DNA of 63,831 nt, the filler included, from Dirinaria sp. TL-2023a (taxonomy: Eukaryota), in the NCBI GenBank assembly GCA_051941275.1. It is 8 parts of 8 records of this genome, joined end to end, with 100 filler letters (N's around TTAATTAATTAA, not from the genome) between each part and the next. Parts side by side here need not be neighbours in the genome. Positions count along the whole stretch, not along the records: positions 1 to 7,930 come from JAVEBF010001257.1; positions 8,031 to 15,956 come from JAVEBF010001258.1; 6 more parts are not named here. One strand, written 5' to 3'. Within the stretch, counting starts at the first letter, position 1; every line of letters begins with the position of its first letter. A model generated the notes under the pieces. That model ran no database searches. It saw only the letters and a list, made by a program, of their open reading frames with translations, and was not told the DNA's origin. Positions 1-12,790 of this stretch are shown one piece after another. Both the position numbers and the translations under genes were made by a program.

Positions 1-70
1 ATGTCGTTGTAGTAGTAGTAGTAGGAGAAGGAGGAGGAGGAGAAGAAGAAGAAGAAGAAGAAGAAGAGGG
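1..70. repeat. Compound microsatellite (TAG/GAG/AAG)n at contig start
   Basis: Directly visible tagtagtag, gaggaggag and aagaagaag runs. Confidence 0.9.
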
Positions 71-387
71 GTATTTGTGGAGCGCCGCTGCGCCGGTCCC
101 CCTGTGGGTGGTAAGTGGCTTGTTTCTTTTTTTTTAAAAAAAAAAGAGAGAGAAAGAAAGTTATTCTTGGAAAGACGACGTACAACAAGAAGAAGAGTGC
201 AGAGGCTTGTTATTCGGAAAAGAGAGGAGGGTTTCGCAGCCTGGCTCGTTGCAGGCGACTTGAAATGCGGAAAACATTCAGGTGTAGATGATCCCCTGAG
301 AGGGGTTCTTATTTCTGAATGGAAGAAGCGGTGGCTAATCGCCGTACATCACTATCATGTAATAAGCCTTTGCAACTCCCAAAACCA

Positions 388-1203
388 CTAAAATGACACT
401 GAAGATCTTGAACTACCTCCATAGCCGCCATAATGTCCCATTCCATAAGGACCGTGCGGATCGAAGTCAGCGATGGGATAGCCATCGTAGCCAACAGGCA
501 CATACCCATGGCCATTTGGATGACCGTACTCGTCTAAATGAGTAGGATAGATGCCGCTTTGATCAAGATATCCTCGATGGGGATTTCTGTGGGGTGGCAA
601 TGGTCTTGCACCATAGTGCTGGTCCGGAAGGCGGATAAAGCTCTGGGGACTCGGACCTCTGTACATATCCGCCTCGGAGGAATCACTGTAGTACAACCTG
701 TCTGCATCATCATCGTCGTGGTGGTGGTGGTCTGCAACATATTCATATCCGCCCTCTTCGTGCCGTGGGTCGTAATGATGTCCATGAGCTCCCGGATGGC
801 CCATGAGCATGTGTGGCTGTGGGTATGGTGGGGGTTGGTAATAGCCGCCCCTTCCATAGCCACACATCGGAACAGGCGGATAGTGGCGGTGACGAGTATG
901 ATGATGGTCAAGAGGATTGCCCCAGGCACAGGTTTCCGGTTGGCCGTTGGGGATCCCACGGTGCCAGCGGTTATTGGGACGATAAGGCCCAAGTGGTCCT
1001 CGCTCGCACTGGTCAGCTGTGTATTTTGGGGTCCTTGCTCGGGTTTTGCGCTTCTTCTGCTGCTGCTGCTGCTGCCTGAATTCCCCTCGCGTCATGGGAT
1101 GATCGTAGGACCAGTTTTTGGAAGGGTCGTTGTGTCGCTCCAGTCGCTTCACGAAGTTTTCCATGCCGAGTCCTTTCGCAAATGCCTTTTCGAAGGGGAC
1201 CAT
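388..1203 (-). CDS. Hypothetical His/Tyr/Gly/Pro-rich low-complexity protein (271 aa)
   Basis: ATG-started 271-codon ORF with polyQ, polyH and polyD tracts and GY/PY-rich segments. No recognisable domain. Confidence 0.5.
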   Translation of the reverse strand: MVPFEKAFAKGLGMENFVKRLERHNDPSKNWSYDHPMTRGEFRQQQQQQKKRKTRARTPKYTADQCERGPLGPYRPNNRWHRGIPNGQPETCAWGNPLDHHHTRHRHYPPVPMCGYGRGGYYQPPPYPQPHMLMGHPGAHGHHYDPRHEEGGYEYVADHHHHDDDDADRLYYSDSSEADMYRGPSPQSFIRLPDQHYGARPLPPHRNPHRGYLDQSGIYPTHLDEYGHPNGHGYVPVGYDGYPIADFDPHGPYGMGHYGGYGGSSRSSVSF

Positions 1204-3041
1204 ATCGTTGATTGATATTAGACAGCAGAGCGGTGGTGCACATAAATTTCTCTAGAATCGTGATTCTTTAGCTTTCATCTACCAGCACTGGGCTAGTAAG
1301 GTCAAAGTAGATTTGTGCGTTCTGTTACTTCTGGATTTAAGGGAGTTAAGGCAAGCTTCACTTTACTTTAAGTAGTCTTAGATCAAAGATCCTTGATAGG
1401 AATGCCGTATGCCAGCAGATCCTTGATTTATCTCAAAATCAAGAAGCAAGATGACCTGTTGCTGGCAGCCAACAACGCGATCTTCGGATGACCGGCAGCA
1501 ATCATGAAGGAAACATTGACAGCTGAATGTTTGCTTTTGGAAGAAAAGGGAGGGCCAGCAGTCCTGGCACATGGTAACTGCAACCCGCAGCCAGGTACAA
1601 ACATGAAGCAACCTCTAAGAGATACGACAGATGGCTTCAATAAGATGCAGAAACTTGCAAGTCCGAGACACGTACTATAAGTGCTTTTACTCCATCCTCA
1701 TACCAAGTATGATCGCAACAGGATTCAGCAAGGAAGAGCAGAACAGACCAAGTCTCCAGAGCGCAATCAGCGTGTCAAAGATGATCTGGCTGAAGACTGA
1801 AATCGTCAAGACAAGCGGTATTTGCAAGTTACAGGGGTAACTTGGGTTTATGACAAGGGAAGGAAATTCTCAAGGATACGAAAGACGCCAAGGTTTGCCA
1901 TTGCACAGCAGGCTGCCAGTGCTGTTCTCAAGCTCAAACGGGCTTCTGAATGCTCACCTTTTCATCTCTGGTTATACGTGCAATGGGATAAAGCAGCACC
2001 AAACCTCTCGTCTTGTAGAGAGAGTTGATACCTTCTATTTTTCTTCGATTCTTGTGACTTGTGCGAAAAATGTCCTTGCAGCTTTGAGCGCAGGAAATTG
2101 AAGGACAGTATGATGTGGCATCGCCAAGTATGACTGGTGTGACTTGGAGAGCAAACAGCATGCTCGAACGCGCAATGGATCCGTGACAGGTCTTTGCTCA
2201 GAAGCTGTTGCAACATGCGGTGTATCAAGCAATGTTGGGAATTCCAACGGAAGGGATCCGTGCTAAGCATAAGCCTTTCTTCCTCCGTTGACCCGGAGCA
2301 AGAGGTAGAACGGCGATGGCTGGGGGACAGATTATGGGCGAGCCATCGAAATGCTGAGCCATACTAGGCTTCGAGACTTTTTAGGTAAAGTAGTCTCGAG
2401 CTGGGGTTTTCAAGATTTGCGATACAGGATGGCTGTACATGGGTGAGACTTTGGTGGAATAGGCATACATCAACTTATTATTTATTTGGGGATGGATGTA
2501 TGTATGTAGCTGTCAGTGTCGGGAATATGTCGGGTCGAGGGGGTCCGTCGGAGTGGTCAAAACACCCTCACACCCTTTTGGTGATGGGAGTGTCGGTCTT
2601 GTCTGATTGGAGCAACATGAATAGCCCGGTATCGATTGTATCTCTTCTGGCAGTACAACTGAGCACTCTATGCGACCGAGCTTGAAACGCTTCCACACAC
2701 TTCATTCGTCCTCGTCCTCGTCCTCTCCTAACACTAACGTGCCTTACTTTACTTTGCCTGTACCCTTTTTTCGACAATCTCAATCCCACTGCGAGATCAT
2801 TAACCCATCCTTGTTCGCACCGATATCACTTCATAACCTGGTACGAGCACTGTAAAGAAGGCTTTCTCCATCAAGCACCGAATCCCAAAACTCGCGTTAG
2901 AACCAGCAGCATAGGCATCCATCACAACCTCAATAGTACTGTAGTGCGAGAATTACAGCCTTGATCCGCGAAACCATATCCACAGCTCTTCCCTAATCTA
3001 TGAGATAACAGAAAGCCTATTCAATCTCCAACATAAGCATC

Positions 3042-6000
3042 ATGCCTTCTCCATTCGCGTCCAGCTTCGCTTCAGCCGCTGCCGGCAACACATTCTCCGA
3101 TAGCAATACTAGGGCAAGAGGCGATAGTAGTGGAGATTGGTGAGACACCTGACCGCGACGTTTCCGAAAGCCCTATACAACTATCATGCAAGCTGCATGA
3201 ATTGCCTGTGCTGGCCGGCTGACACATCCACTGCAGGTCCAGACGGCCCAATGGAGCCATGCAAACTTTTCGTCGCCCTTCTCTGGCCAACACCTCATCC
3301 CAGCAAAGAGATGGCCTCCAGTCGAACAACAACCCTCCCTCAAGCTCGGGCGTCTACGTTCCCCCGCACATGAACTCGCATTATCAGTCAAGCCACGGTC
3401 GCAATGGAGCTTCCACAGAAGGCAGATACTCCAAAGACCAACTACTGGATCTATACAGGGCGCAAGGGCAATCAGGGCCTGACGTCGCCGAGCTCTTCGT
3501 CGAGGGCTGGAGCCCTAACGCCGTAAATGGTATAAGCCATGGTGGATGGGGCAAGCGAGATGATCATAAGGAGCAGCAGTCCCACGGCGCCGAAATTTGC
3601 TGGGATCATGAGGGCACGGTTCAACCTTTGTCATTGATAGAAATGAATGATGAGGAGAAGCAAGTATGTCGGGCGACAGCTTGGGGTCTCATACCGGTCT
3701 TGTTGACGTTTTTAGGCTTTTCAGACTTCTGTCAATTCGCCATTGAAACCTCCGACGCAGACCTCGACCAAGGATGGCACACCGGGCAGTAACGCACCAG
3801 GTCGCCGGACATCACTTTCTCAGACACAGCGTTTGAGCTATAGCGAAAATTCACCGTCCTCTCGCCCGGGGAACCGACGACGGGACTCTGCAGACCTCCT
3901 TCAAGGCTCGTTGACTTCCCCAATCGGTAGCAACCGGTTTTCTAGGGAGGAGCCGAATGTCTCCTCTCCACCGCCCTCCCTCCTCAGGCGCCGAACGGAT
4001 CTACGAGATAACGCACTTGGCGCCACTCAAGAAGACCATGAAAGTGAGAGCAAGCCAGCTGCTCCGCAAGATGCCCATTCTCCGTTCGGCGCGCTGAAGA
4101 GGACTGCCACTGGACCAGCAAATGCTGGATTGAATGGGCCCTCATCGCCATGGTCAAATGGCCCGCAATCCGCCGGATTCACTCCAATGGGCGCTTTTGG
4201 TAACTTTTCGTTGGGCGGCCAGTCGGGTCAGCCCTTGACTCCTAACGACAAGAAAACCTCCTTTGGTAGCCTGCGCGGTGAAAGCCGTTTCAAAGGGCTG
4301 ATGAATACTGAGAGCTCCGAAGAAGCCAGGTCGAACGTCCGAGAAAAGACGTCCATGAGCAGCCTAGAGAGGCTGGCTGAATCCGCCAATGAGCAGCCGT
4401 CCAGATGGGGCCATCTCAGTTCTGCGCATCTGCAAGGAGAGGAAGACGGTCGAAGGACGGGTAGCGCTGCTCTGGGCGGAGACGATGTGGGCCCACCCCA
4501 GCACGTTCCGTCAAGAAGAAACCCTGACGCGTCGTTGGACGAGATTGGATTCTCGTCACTTGGGATGCCGTCCGAAGTGGCACCGTTTCGTGATCTGATG
4601 CAGCGTCGTGATCAAGGTCAGCAGATGCCACAAAATTACGGCGGTGGCCTGCCCAACGAGCCCATGAGCCCCACTGATACGAATCCCTACCGGAGCCCTG
4701 AGACAGAGAAGGCGATGCCTGGTGACATTGACACGGACGAGTCGGAGCCTTACAACATGCAATTTCCTGGGGTTGCACCATATGGAAGGGGTATGCAGTC
4801 TCATGTCGAAAATCCATCCACCGATCGAAGTCGTACCTCGAGTGCAGGTGCTTCTCGTGGCTTTCCCAATCTTGGCAACCTTGGTGGCAGCGGCGCCCAA
4901 GGACCTTGGTCGGCAGCTCCTGGAGCAATTGGGACTCCTAGCAGAGCGCAGGCGCCTTTTTCTAACTTTGGCGATTCGATGCCTGGGTCACTGGGAGAAT
5001 TCAATGCCCCTGGGTACGGTGGCTCTAGATTCTTTGATTCTGGCGCAGGCCCTATTGGCCGTGCGAGCAAGATGGGGTCACTGTTCCCTAATGCGATGCA
5101 AGATCAGATGCGGGGAGAATCTTCAAGAGCCGAGCAAGGCTTTGCTGATTCGGCTGATCCTCAAAGGCAGATGGCTGCTTCAAATGCGCCCGGTTTCGGG
5201 AGGGGCCTTCGAGAAACAGATAGCCCTTCACACGCTGGTCGCTTGGAAAACATGATCTGGAACCTGGATGTGCGTGATCGAAACCCACAGACTGTCAGCT
5301 CCTCTTTCGCGTCGAATGAGGCAGCGGCAAATCAAGCTCAACCAACCGCGTCCTCCCAGCAGCCGTTTACGGCCGCGATTGGGACTCCCTCAATCCCTGC
5401 TCAGGCAAGTTCGTCATATTTTGGCCGACCCAAGGAGTCAGACAGCTCTGCTATGCCCGCGTCACAACAGCGCCAGATGGTGATGCCCGACCGGATGCGG
5501 TGGATATACCGTGACCCAGAGGGTAACACGCAAGGACCATGGTCTGGGTTGGAAATGCACGACTGGTACAAAGCCGGCTTCTTTTCACCGGAGCTCCAGG
5601 TCAAGAAGCAGGAGGACGCTGATTACGAGCCTCTCGCTCAACTAATCAGACGAATTGGAAACTCCAGGGAACCGTTTCTCGTCCCGCAAATTGGCATACC
5701 CCATGGCTCCTCTACTCAAGCGAGCGCTACACCTGCCGCTGGAGTGCAAACCGTTACGACTCCTTCTGCTCAGTCGAGCTCTGCCCAGCCTCCGTTTGCC
5801 AGTAGCTTTCCAAGTTTTGGTACTACGCTGACAGCTGAGCAACAAAATGCGCTCGAAAGGCGAAAGCAGGAAGAGCAGTATCTAATGGCGAGACAAAAGG
5901 AACATCTAGCCCAACAGCAAGTGATGATCAAGCAGATGCAGCACATGCAGGGCGGACCTGGGCAGCAGCTTCATCACCATTCCAGCGCTCACAGTTTGCA

Positions 6001-7930
6001 AAGTCAACCAAGCTACGGTAGTATCACCTCGCCTACAGGCTACCAACCTTCTCCAGCCCAAGCTCCCATCCGACCACCCGCAGCTGGTCCAGGCTTCTTT
6101 GAGTCCTCGCTTCCAAGGGCAAGCGCTGAGGCACTGAGCCCTGTACGTGAAGATGAGATGCCCGGCTTCATGGACCGTATGAACGCCGGCCGTCCGAGCC
6201 ACATGCCACCTGGTGGACCTCAGTACGGTGCAGCACATCAAGAGGGGATGTCTCATCCTCAACAAATGGCCAACATGTTGCAGGAGCGGGCACGGCTCCA
6301 ACGTGAACAGGAGCAATATGATATGCTCCAGCGCGGTGCGGAGGATCACCGTGGTCAGGAACGGCTCGACCAATTCCACATGCTTCGAAGCCAGCTGGGT
6401 GACCAGCAGCCCTATACACAAGGTCCAGAGGGACAGTACGCCCAGCCTCAGATGGGTTTAGATCGTCCCCAGCAACGACAAGAAGAAATCGCTCAAGGTC
6501 CATTGGGAACGGAGGGCCACAGTCATAAACCCAGTGAACCTCTTTCCCTATCCGAACAAGTCCAGAAAGCAGCCGCAATGCAATCACCAGCACAACCGAT
6601 CTCACCCTGGGCCAAGGTTGATCCTGCCCTCCCTCAGCCGTTCCCTGCACCTCCACCACAGCCCAGCTCTCCGCTCCCTGCCCCAGCCGCTCAACGTCGC
6701 CAAAACGTAGCCGACACCCTGACTATGGAGTCACGGTCTCGGTCACAAACCCCTTCTGTAGATACACCCTCGGCAACCGTTGCTCCTTGGGCCAAAGGGT
6801 CTGAGCCGGCGGAAAGCGCCAAGGGCCCGTCTTTGAAAGAAATCCAAGCAATGGAAGCCCGCAAAGCAGCCCAGCAGGAAGAAATCGCAGCAGCGGCACG
6901 CAGAGCTGTCGCAGAGCAAGAGCGCGCCAACCAAAGCCAGCAAGCCGCCCCAGCGCCTGGACTACCCAGCAGCGCCAATTGGGCTAGTGGGCCAGGTGTA
7001 AGCCCAGCCGTACCGACAGCAGGCGCGTGGGCAAAGTCGAAACCTGCAGTGGCTACGCCCACTGCAGGCAAGAAGACGTTAGCTCAGATCCAGAAAGAAG
7101 AAGAGGCAAGGAAAATGCGCGCTGCCGCCGCATCCTCCGCAGCAGGGACGACTAACGCGGCAGCGCCGGTGGCAAGTGTAGGCGGTAAACGGTACGCTGA
7201 TCTGGCCAGCAAAGCTGCTCCAAACGCAGGCCCGCAAGCGTCGAGCGGAACCAGCAACAGTGCTTGGACCACTGTTGGCGCTGGTGGGAAGGTCAAGACA
7301 CCGACCACGCCCGCGGCGCCGGTTTCTGGACCAAGAACCGCGAGTACGGGCTCTGTACCGGCTTCGATGCCCGCCAAAGCCACGCCCAAGGCAGCGGCTG
7401 CAGCAGGGGCCAAGGAGAAGGCGCAGGAGGAATTCGTCAAGTGGATAAAGAGTAGTTTGGGAAAGCAGCTGCATGGTGGCATCTCTGGTACTTATATCCC
7501 AGTTACTTCCATCTCTCCCCCTCTCTCTTCTAATCCTCCTTCCTAATTAAATCTTCTCCTTTGTTCGCTTAAGGATCTCATCGCCTCGATTATCCCAAAA
7601 AATTTTCAAACTAATCTCCCCTCTCACAGTCGACACATTCACGTCCTCGCTCCTCTCCCTCCCCCCGGAGCCAGACATCATCTCCGACAGCATCTACGTC
7701 AACTCGCAAACCCTGGACGGGCGCCACTTCGCGCAGGAATTCGTCCGCCGCCGCAATCTCGCCGACAAAGGCCAGCTGCCTCCCGACGTGAACGGGCCTG
7801 GTGGTAGTAGTAGTGCCGGTGGTGCTGCAGGGGTGGGCGGCTTCTTCGTGAACGGCAGAGGAGGGAGTCCAGGTGATGCTGGTGTGGGGGGCGGTGCTGG
7901 TGGTGCTGGGAAGGAGGGACGGAAAGAAGG
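3042..7930 (+). CDS. GYF-domain protein (Smy2/Syh1/GIGYF-like), 3' end truncated by contig end
   Basis: ATG 3042 (MPSPFASSFASAAAG). Introns 3140-3236, 3664-3715 and 7488-7629 join the ORFs in frame. GYF motif WIYRDPEGNTQGPWSGLEMHDWYKAGFF; C-terminal SQTLDGRHFAQEFVRRR motif. Confidence 0.92.
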
Positions 7931-8030
7931 NNNNNNNNNNNNNNNNNNNNNNNNNNNNNNNNNNNNNNNNNNNNTTAATTAATTAANNNNNNNNNNNNNN
8001 NNNNNNNNNNNNNNNNNNNNNNNNNNNNNN
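7931..8030. other. Artificial contig linker (44N-TTAATTAATTAA-44N)
   Basis: Six-frame stop linker inside N runs; identical at 7 places. Confidence 0.99.
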
Positions 8031-9495
8031 GGTGCTGCACTTTACCTACAGTAGGGTTGTTGTTGGGGGTGTGCTGGATGGGGAGAATTTGAGCAGCAAT
8101 ACCGTGTCTCTGTATGTAATTGTGTACCTGAGGAGTAGGTTAAGGTATCTCCGCAAGCTCCGGAATGCAAACGCGGGTTTTCCGAACGTGCCGAGAACTT
8201 CTTGCCTTAATGACAGGACGGTCCAATGGAAAGGTCTGATTGGACGGAAATCTCACCCGACCTCGATCCGTAAAATCGTACATTATTGAACATGGATAAT
8301 TGCAAATGCCCATGGCTTTACCTGTCAAAGTCCGGACAGGGAAAAGTTGCCGGGTCTAGATGCGCGTAGTTTGAAATGGCAAGAAGCTCTCGACGCTCTC
8401 GACGTTCTGGACCCATCGATCGATGAGCACTTTTGCCAGTCTTTAGTTGGTGGTGAACACTACAGAGGCCTTGGATCGGGAATTTATTTGTCAATGGGAA
8501 TAAACAAGGGCGTCAAAGTTTCAGTCGGCAAGATTTCGCCTGAGCCCAAACTTCTATTATTCAAGTGAAAGCTTGGAGTAACTCCGAGGGATTGCAGCCA
8601 CAGTCGAATATCATGGAACATTCAGGGACTCCTTCAGCCACAGGCTACTGTATCCAAACCAAGCTTGCAGTTATATTACGTGCTGTTAAGCGCCTCATGG
8701 GGCTTTCGCGGGTAGTGGTATGTCGTGTATCACTCGCCATGATGCAGGCTGCCTGAAGAGTTTCCACCTCGTGGAGGTATATCCCAAGGTATTTGGGGGT
8801 TCCAAGGCGTACAGCACGTAAGGCCAGGGGGTAAGTGGGTCGCTGGTGTGCTAGAAAGTTCAGGATTAGTCGAATGGAGCTAATGAAAATTCGGATAAGT
8901 CGTATAAGGCAGGGCACTTTCCTCCCCAGAGGCTCTTTGGAATGGGAAAGGGCCAAACCCCACCCCCAACACGCATATAGGTACTTTAGCTTTGCCACTT
9001 TTCTTGAGAGGCCCTGCTTGAGACTTTTCCCCAATTAGGTAATCTATATTTTCGGATAAATTCTCCTGAGTCAGCTGATTGATGGTAGACACGGTGCTGG
9101 TAGAACAATGCGTGAAAATTTGCGCATCAGTACCTTCCTCGACAAAATCAAGCTTGCGTGCCCCTGCATCTGATTGCTTCGGCTGTCGTTCCCGGTCTGT
9201 CTTTGATATTCCGGCCACAGCGCTACGCACCAACGCGTTCGCGTGCCACTGGGGTGCTTGAATGATTTTGATCTCTTGTAATTGCTGATGTTTAGAAGGC
9301 TCCTGGGGACAATTCAGGCCTTGCACAAGAGGTCTGGAACAGGAATGCGGTGCAATCGGATCTAGTCGCATGATCATTTTGGACTTCCGCCTCCACTGCT
9401 GTCGGATACAAATTGGAACCACTTCATTGACTGCTGAAATTCTTGACGAGCTCATCTCCAGAAGTACATCAGCCTGGTAGGCTAGTGTTCGCAGC

Positions 9496-11855
9496 ATGTC
9501 TGGCCACCGGGCGATCGCCCCTTCAACGGATCGCCCCGAGTCTCATTCTTCCTCTGGCAAGGCCAGTGAGAGCGCTGAACAATCGAGCCTCAGCCAAAAC
9601 ACTGGCGCCACCAGCTCAGGTTCTGCTGGCTTCCCGAGCGCTGCTGGTATCAGTCGAGGAGAAAGCCAACGGCGTCGTAGAACCCCCGCCAATATTTCAA
9701 CGATGGCTTGTACAGAGTGTAGGCAAGCAAGACAGAAAGTAGGCTAAGTCAGAAATGCCCAAAATGCTAATAATATCTAACGATGGGAACGAATGGAACG
9801 GATACTGACCCATTCTTCTCTGACAGTGCGACGGAGATAGACAAAACTCGTGCAGCCGATGCACAAAACGTAAGCTCGCCTGCGTCTATCAGCCCCATGT
9901 CAAGACCCACAAGGGCGACCTGCTTCGAGAAATCGAGGGTCTTCACAAAGATAAAAGTAAGCTTGAAGATGAAAACAAAGACATCCTGGAAGCGCGAGCT
10001 GGTCTTCAGTCGCAGAACCGGGATTTACAGGAGTCGAGTGAGTCGTCCAACATCATACTCGAGACCATCTCCAAGAATGGTCACGACAAAGACATAATCG
10101 CAAGGCTCCGCGCCGGCGATTCGTATCAGGAGATCGCGGACTGGCTTGTCGAACAGGTTCAGATCGAGAATTTGATCGATGATTCGCCCCGATTTCGTCG
10201 AGGCCTGCTCGATGTGGTGAAACGATACGAAAACGAATATCAGGATGACGATGGTCTACGTCGAGTCCAAACACTCGAGAGCAACGAGCCGCGAATCCTT
10301 TGGACCAATGTCAGTTCCAGCCATAGCTTGATAGGACATTTGTTTGACCTGTATTTCACTTGGATCCATCCGGTGCACATGCTATTCAGTGAGCTTGATT
10401 TCAAGTATAGCTTCCGGACCACCAGCGGAAACAATTGTTCTATAGCGCTGGTCAACGCCATTTGCGCCATGGCATGCCACCTACTTGAGAATGAAGGGGC
10501 CAGGAAACCCAAGGCCCCTGCGAAAGGACACAACTTGCCCATCGGTAATGCACAAGAAGCAAGGACCCTGAGGAATGGTTTCATGACCGAAGCTCGGAAA
10601 GCTTTGACGCGGGAAAACCACAAAGAGATGGCCTCTGTGCAAGCCTTTGCGGTCATGTACCTTGTGGACTTTAGTGCTTGCAAGGCGCGACATGCGCTGG
10701 GCTACCTACGTGCCTCGGTCGAAAATCTCAGCAGTGCAGTGAAGAATCAACCACTTGAAGCTCAACAGATCACCACTTGGGGTATCCACAGTCTGAATAC
10801 GTAAGACGCTTTCAAGCCGACTATCGGATGATAAGCTGATCTTTGCAGAGCTTGTGTAGGTATAACGTACCAAAAGTTCTATACACCAGAGCTGCCGGGT
10901 GTATCTTCGTATGAAGGCGTCCAAATGGACAGAGATGCCGACATTTGGAGGTTCTACCGGACCGTGGGCGACGAGCGAGAGATGCCCCACAGACCAAGTC
11001 ACGCCATCTTAACCGCATGCTACCAGGCAAAGCTTTTCCGCATCGTTCGTAACAGCCTGAACTTGTACTGCGGATATGCAGGCAAGGTTACTGCTCACAA
11101 GCTTATTGCGTGCTATAAGCAATATACAGATTGGAAGGCGGGATTGCCGGATGTCCTGCAAAATGTGGACGAAGGAGCTCAACCCTTACCATATACCCTC
11201 TATCTTCAGTGAGATATCTCTGCTCAAGGTTCATGGCTGCTCTAATTTTGCCAGTGTTGTTTACCACACTGCCATATTGCAGCACCTCACGCCGCTGTTG
11301 GAGTGCAACTACTTCAGACCACCTGATCAAGATGAACTGCGCCGAATGATGACGTACCACGCACGACGTGGGCTAGAGATCCTCGAGCATTCTAGAAGAC
11401 TTTACACGACTCGGTATCAAACACCTTTAATGAGCTTCTGTATTGTGCACCTGGGAGATACTATCATCCGACATTCGCCGCAAAACCCACCTGCATCAGA
11501 AGTGGCCGTCTTCTGCTTGGAGATGTTGTCCGAGACCAGTGCGGGCTTTGCAATATGTGGACCACTATCGGCGCTTTTCCGGCAAACGCTCACGGAATAC
11601 GGGATCGCGCTTCCAGACGATCTCGATGACAGAATCGGCAGCCCCGTCGAATATAGCCTTGACGACATCCTGGATACTTGTACCAGGCTCACTTACGTTC
11701 AGCCAACCGAGCAAATCCTTCGCCATTTGGACAGTTCCCTTGCGATAGATTGGGGACGAGAATGGCAGCAGCAGGTGGTGGAGAATGCGTCGCGACGGCG
11801 GCGATTGTCCTCTAGCGGTCACCACATGGATATTGGATCCTTGCTCAATGGTTAA
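9496..11855 (+). CDS. Zn(II)2Cys6 transcription factor with fungal-specific TF middle domain (NirA-like)
   Basis: Removing intron 9739-9826 gives CTECRQARQK|CDGDRQNSCSRCTKRKLAC. HLFDLYFTWIHP and CSIALVNAICAMAC motifs are present. Further introns 10801-10848 and 11209-11254. Confidence 0.92.
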
Positions 11856-12790
11856 AGATATCGGGCTGGAACATGCTCGTTGGCTGTAGACATTGGTGCG
11901 TATGAACGGCGATGCAACTCGAGTGTAATCCTGCGATGGCCGTCTACATCGATATGCTTGCAAAGGGTCAAGTTGTGGTACGTCTTGACTTTTTTGCGTC
12001 TCAGCTTGGTTTTTGAAAGCTTTGACGACGCACCGTAAAGCTGCGCACCAACTTCTTACATGCCTCGCAGTTTGTTTCAAGGACCGGTCCAGACCAGATC
12101 GTCTTTGCACGCTGGGCCTTTCACGGCGTGCGGGCATCAGACCGTGTGATACGATCCTGTAAAGTATTAGTGGACTATGGCGACTTCTTTCCTGTACGAT
12201 TCATTGTAACTCCTGGTCGTGCGGTATGGTGGATCAGATGTGCCTCCCTTACGAGTGGCGAGACTGCGAGTGAAGGCGTGCGAAATAAATCTGAAATATG
12301 GCATTCTGTCATGCCCCGGAGGAAGCTCCGGTCGAGGGAGTCTCAGGCGTGTCTCTGGTCACACCTAACTGTATGCAGCATAGGCATTTTCCCAAGCAAT
12401 TCCACCATCCAAACCTTATCTGCAACTTGTGCATATCAGCGTCCAGCGATCCTGTTCCAGCATCGGAGTGGTCGTGGCACCGGGCACGTCGCCCCTAAAT
12501 GCCAATGAACAGCCCTGAAATAACCCTTATTAAACCCTGATATTCGTAAGGCTTGGCTTTCCTTTTGTTCCTGCCGCAAATCAAAAATTGACAGGACACT
12601 CGACATCTAAAGTATTAAATCAGGCATCTGCGGTGATTCTTGTCCAAAGCCTGGACCTCCACTCAATTGATGTATTGCATACATACTTATCCATCCTCTT
12701 TACATCCTCTTTGCCGCTGGATGATTGACCGTTGAATGCATTTGTAAAACTTCTCAGGCCTTTCCCTTACGTGTGCAGTAGCTCGTCAGA

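Noticed and set aside
538..1215. 225-aa hydrophobic ORF on the plus strand
   Set aside because: Antisense shadow of the His/Gln/Asp-rich minus ORF; the polyV and polyL tracts mirror CAC and CAG repeats.
7975..7986. TTAATTAATTAA palindrome recurring every ~8 kb
   Set aside because: Always centred in N runs; an artificial six-frame stop linker. ORFs running into X...LIN are artefacts.
8880..9497. 205-aa minus ORF head-to-head with the Zn2Cys6 gene
   Set aside because: Overlaps the TF start and promoter and has no motifs; likely spurious.
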